Shown: positions 15,011 to 15,702 of the stretch, piece by piece
Layout of the letters: each line of letters begins with the position of its first letter
Numbering within the stretch: the first letter of the stretch is position 1
From: an archaeon
Lineage (GTDB): Archaea; Asgardarchaeota; Thorarchaeia; Thorarchaeales; Thorarchaeaceae
DNA: 15,702 nucleotides
Direction of reading: 5' to 3'
Assembly: GCA_024275415.1 (NCBI GenBank)
Contig: JAJRZD010000060.1
Span: forward strand, 1-15,702
Notes under the pieces: generated by a model
What the model saw: the letters and a program-made list of their open reading frames with translations, nothing else
The model's database searches: none
Told to the model about the DNA's origin: nothing
Position numbers and translations under genes: made by a program

Positions 15011-15220
15011 ATGGCTGTTGCTGAACGAGTCGAGTACATCGAAAGTCAGCAGCCGGTTGTCTCGCATTTCAATATGACTGAGAATCCACTTATGCGCTGG
15101 TGGATCATAGTTGCTTCGATGATGGTGCTGGTTCTCGGATGGCTTGGTTGTACAATTCTGGTTCTCTATCCAAACTATTTGGCTGCTCAACAGGTACTGG
15201 CAATGGGAACGACTCCATGA
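15011..15220 (+). CDS. Small single-TM membrane protein
   Basis: 69 aa from ATG with one strongly hydrophobic segment (WWIIVASMMVLVLGWLGCTILVL). Confidence 0.55.
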   Translation: MAVAERVEYIESQQPVVSHFNMTENPLMRWWIIVASMMVLVLGWLGCTILVLYPNYLAAQQVLAMGTTP

Positions 15221-15273
15221 GATCCTATTGTGTCATGATGACCTGATGAGGAATGTCTTATCGAATCTATATG

Positions 15274-15312
15274 AACACCTACACGAGAATGTCGAGGTTT
15301 TGCGTAGGTGTT
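15274..15312. terminator. Inverted repeat between convergent genes (possible terminator or boundary element)
   Basis: AACACCTAC (15274-15282) and GTAGGTGTT (15304-15312) form a perfect 9-bp stem, with partial inner pairing. Confidence 0.35.
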
Positions 15313-15330
15313 AGAAACACATGCTAGATG

Positions 15331-15702
15331 TCAGCTCTTTCGAAGGGGACGGCGCAACGTAATGAGAGTGACTCCCTCTTTCTCCAACAACTCTGTTGCC
15401 TCATCCCTGATGTCAGGTACTATGGTATAGGTGATGAACAACCTGTACTCAGCCTTCCGCTCAAACGCCTTCTCGAAGAACTTGACCTTTCTCAGGAATA
15501 TGGTGACCTTGTCGATGCTCCGTACGATGGCTGTGACCTCCCCGAGGACGAAGGGGTCCTCGTTGAACAGGTCAATCTCCACATCCTTGGAGTGAGCGAA
15601 CACCGTGTACTCGTTGTCAACGAAATGTCGTTTCTGGACACGAACCTTGGGATACCCTTGCTCGACAAGGAAGGTCTCTAACCAGTAGCTGTTGAACTCC
15701 TC
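15331..15702 (-). CDS. Archaeal DUF3782-like PD-(D/E)XK nuclease-fold protein, C-terminal part (5' end outside window)
   Basis: The frame is open from 15702: EEFNSYWLETFLVEQGYPKVRVQKRHFVDNEYTVFAHSKDVEIDLFNEDPFVLGEVTAIVRSIDKVTIFLRKVKFFEKAFERK...ELLEKEGV. The EIDL...GEV...FLRKVKFFEK pattern is recalled from DUF3782-type archaeal proteins and was not verified by search. Confidence 0.6.
   Translation of the reverse strand, partial: EEFNSYWLETFLVEQGYPKVRVQKRHFVDNEYTVFAHSKDVEIDLFNEDPFVLGEVTAIVRSIDKVTIFLRKVKFFEKAFERKAEYRLFITYTIVPDIRDEATELLEKEGVTLITLRRPLRKS

Noticed and set aside
15328-15681. 117-aa + strand ORF
   Set aside because: It fully overlaps the minus-strand DUF3782-like ORF, which is open to the window edge and has a recognisable motif pattern.
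1-15702. IS elements, tRNA or rRNA genes
   Set aside because: I saw no transposase-like ORF, terminal inverted repeats with target duplication, or cloverleaf/rRNA-like segments.

Overview
Almost the whole window (1-~15220) is a co-oriented (+ strand) tandem array of nine cassette units of ~1.3-2.5 kb. Each unit has three parts. First, a GC-rich block conserved at the nucleotide level encoding ...VDMRVHD(I/V)NVV(A/T)DL(D/N)(Q/E)HDP plus a Pro-rich linker. Second, in the same frame, a DGT motif, a conserved [YW]W[TE]GWWPxLH...D[IL]LG module and a hypervariable hydrophobic C-terminus. Third, one to three small, divergent membrane-protein genes, most with their own Shine-Dalgarno site. The cassette ORFs have staggered 5' ends, mostly lack credible starts, and several are broken by stops or frameshifts. 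The conserved blocks are patchworks of each other, and cassette subfamilies co-vary with partner subfamilies. The best interpretation (inference) is a polymorphic toxin/immunity or self-recognition system: a reservoir of silent, swappable C-terminal modules with cognate membrane partners, by analogy to orphan CdiA-CT/CdiI, Rhs-CT/RhsI and MafB-CT/MafI arrays, but built on motifs I cannot assign to a known family. The host is probably archaeal (GAGGTGA-type RBS; convergent DUF3782-like PD-(D/E)XK gene at the right edge). An Asgard/Thorarchaeota origin is only a guess. No full-length parent gene, recombinase, reverse transcriptase, transposase, RNA gene or CRISPR array is visible in the window.
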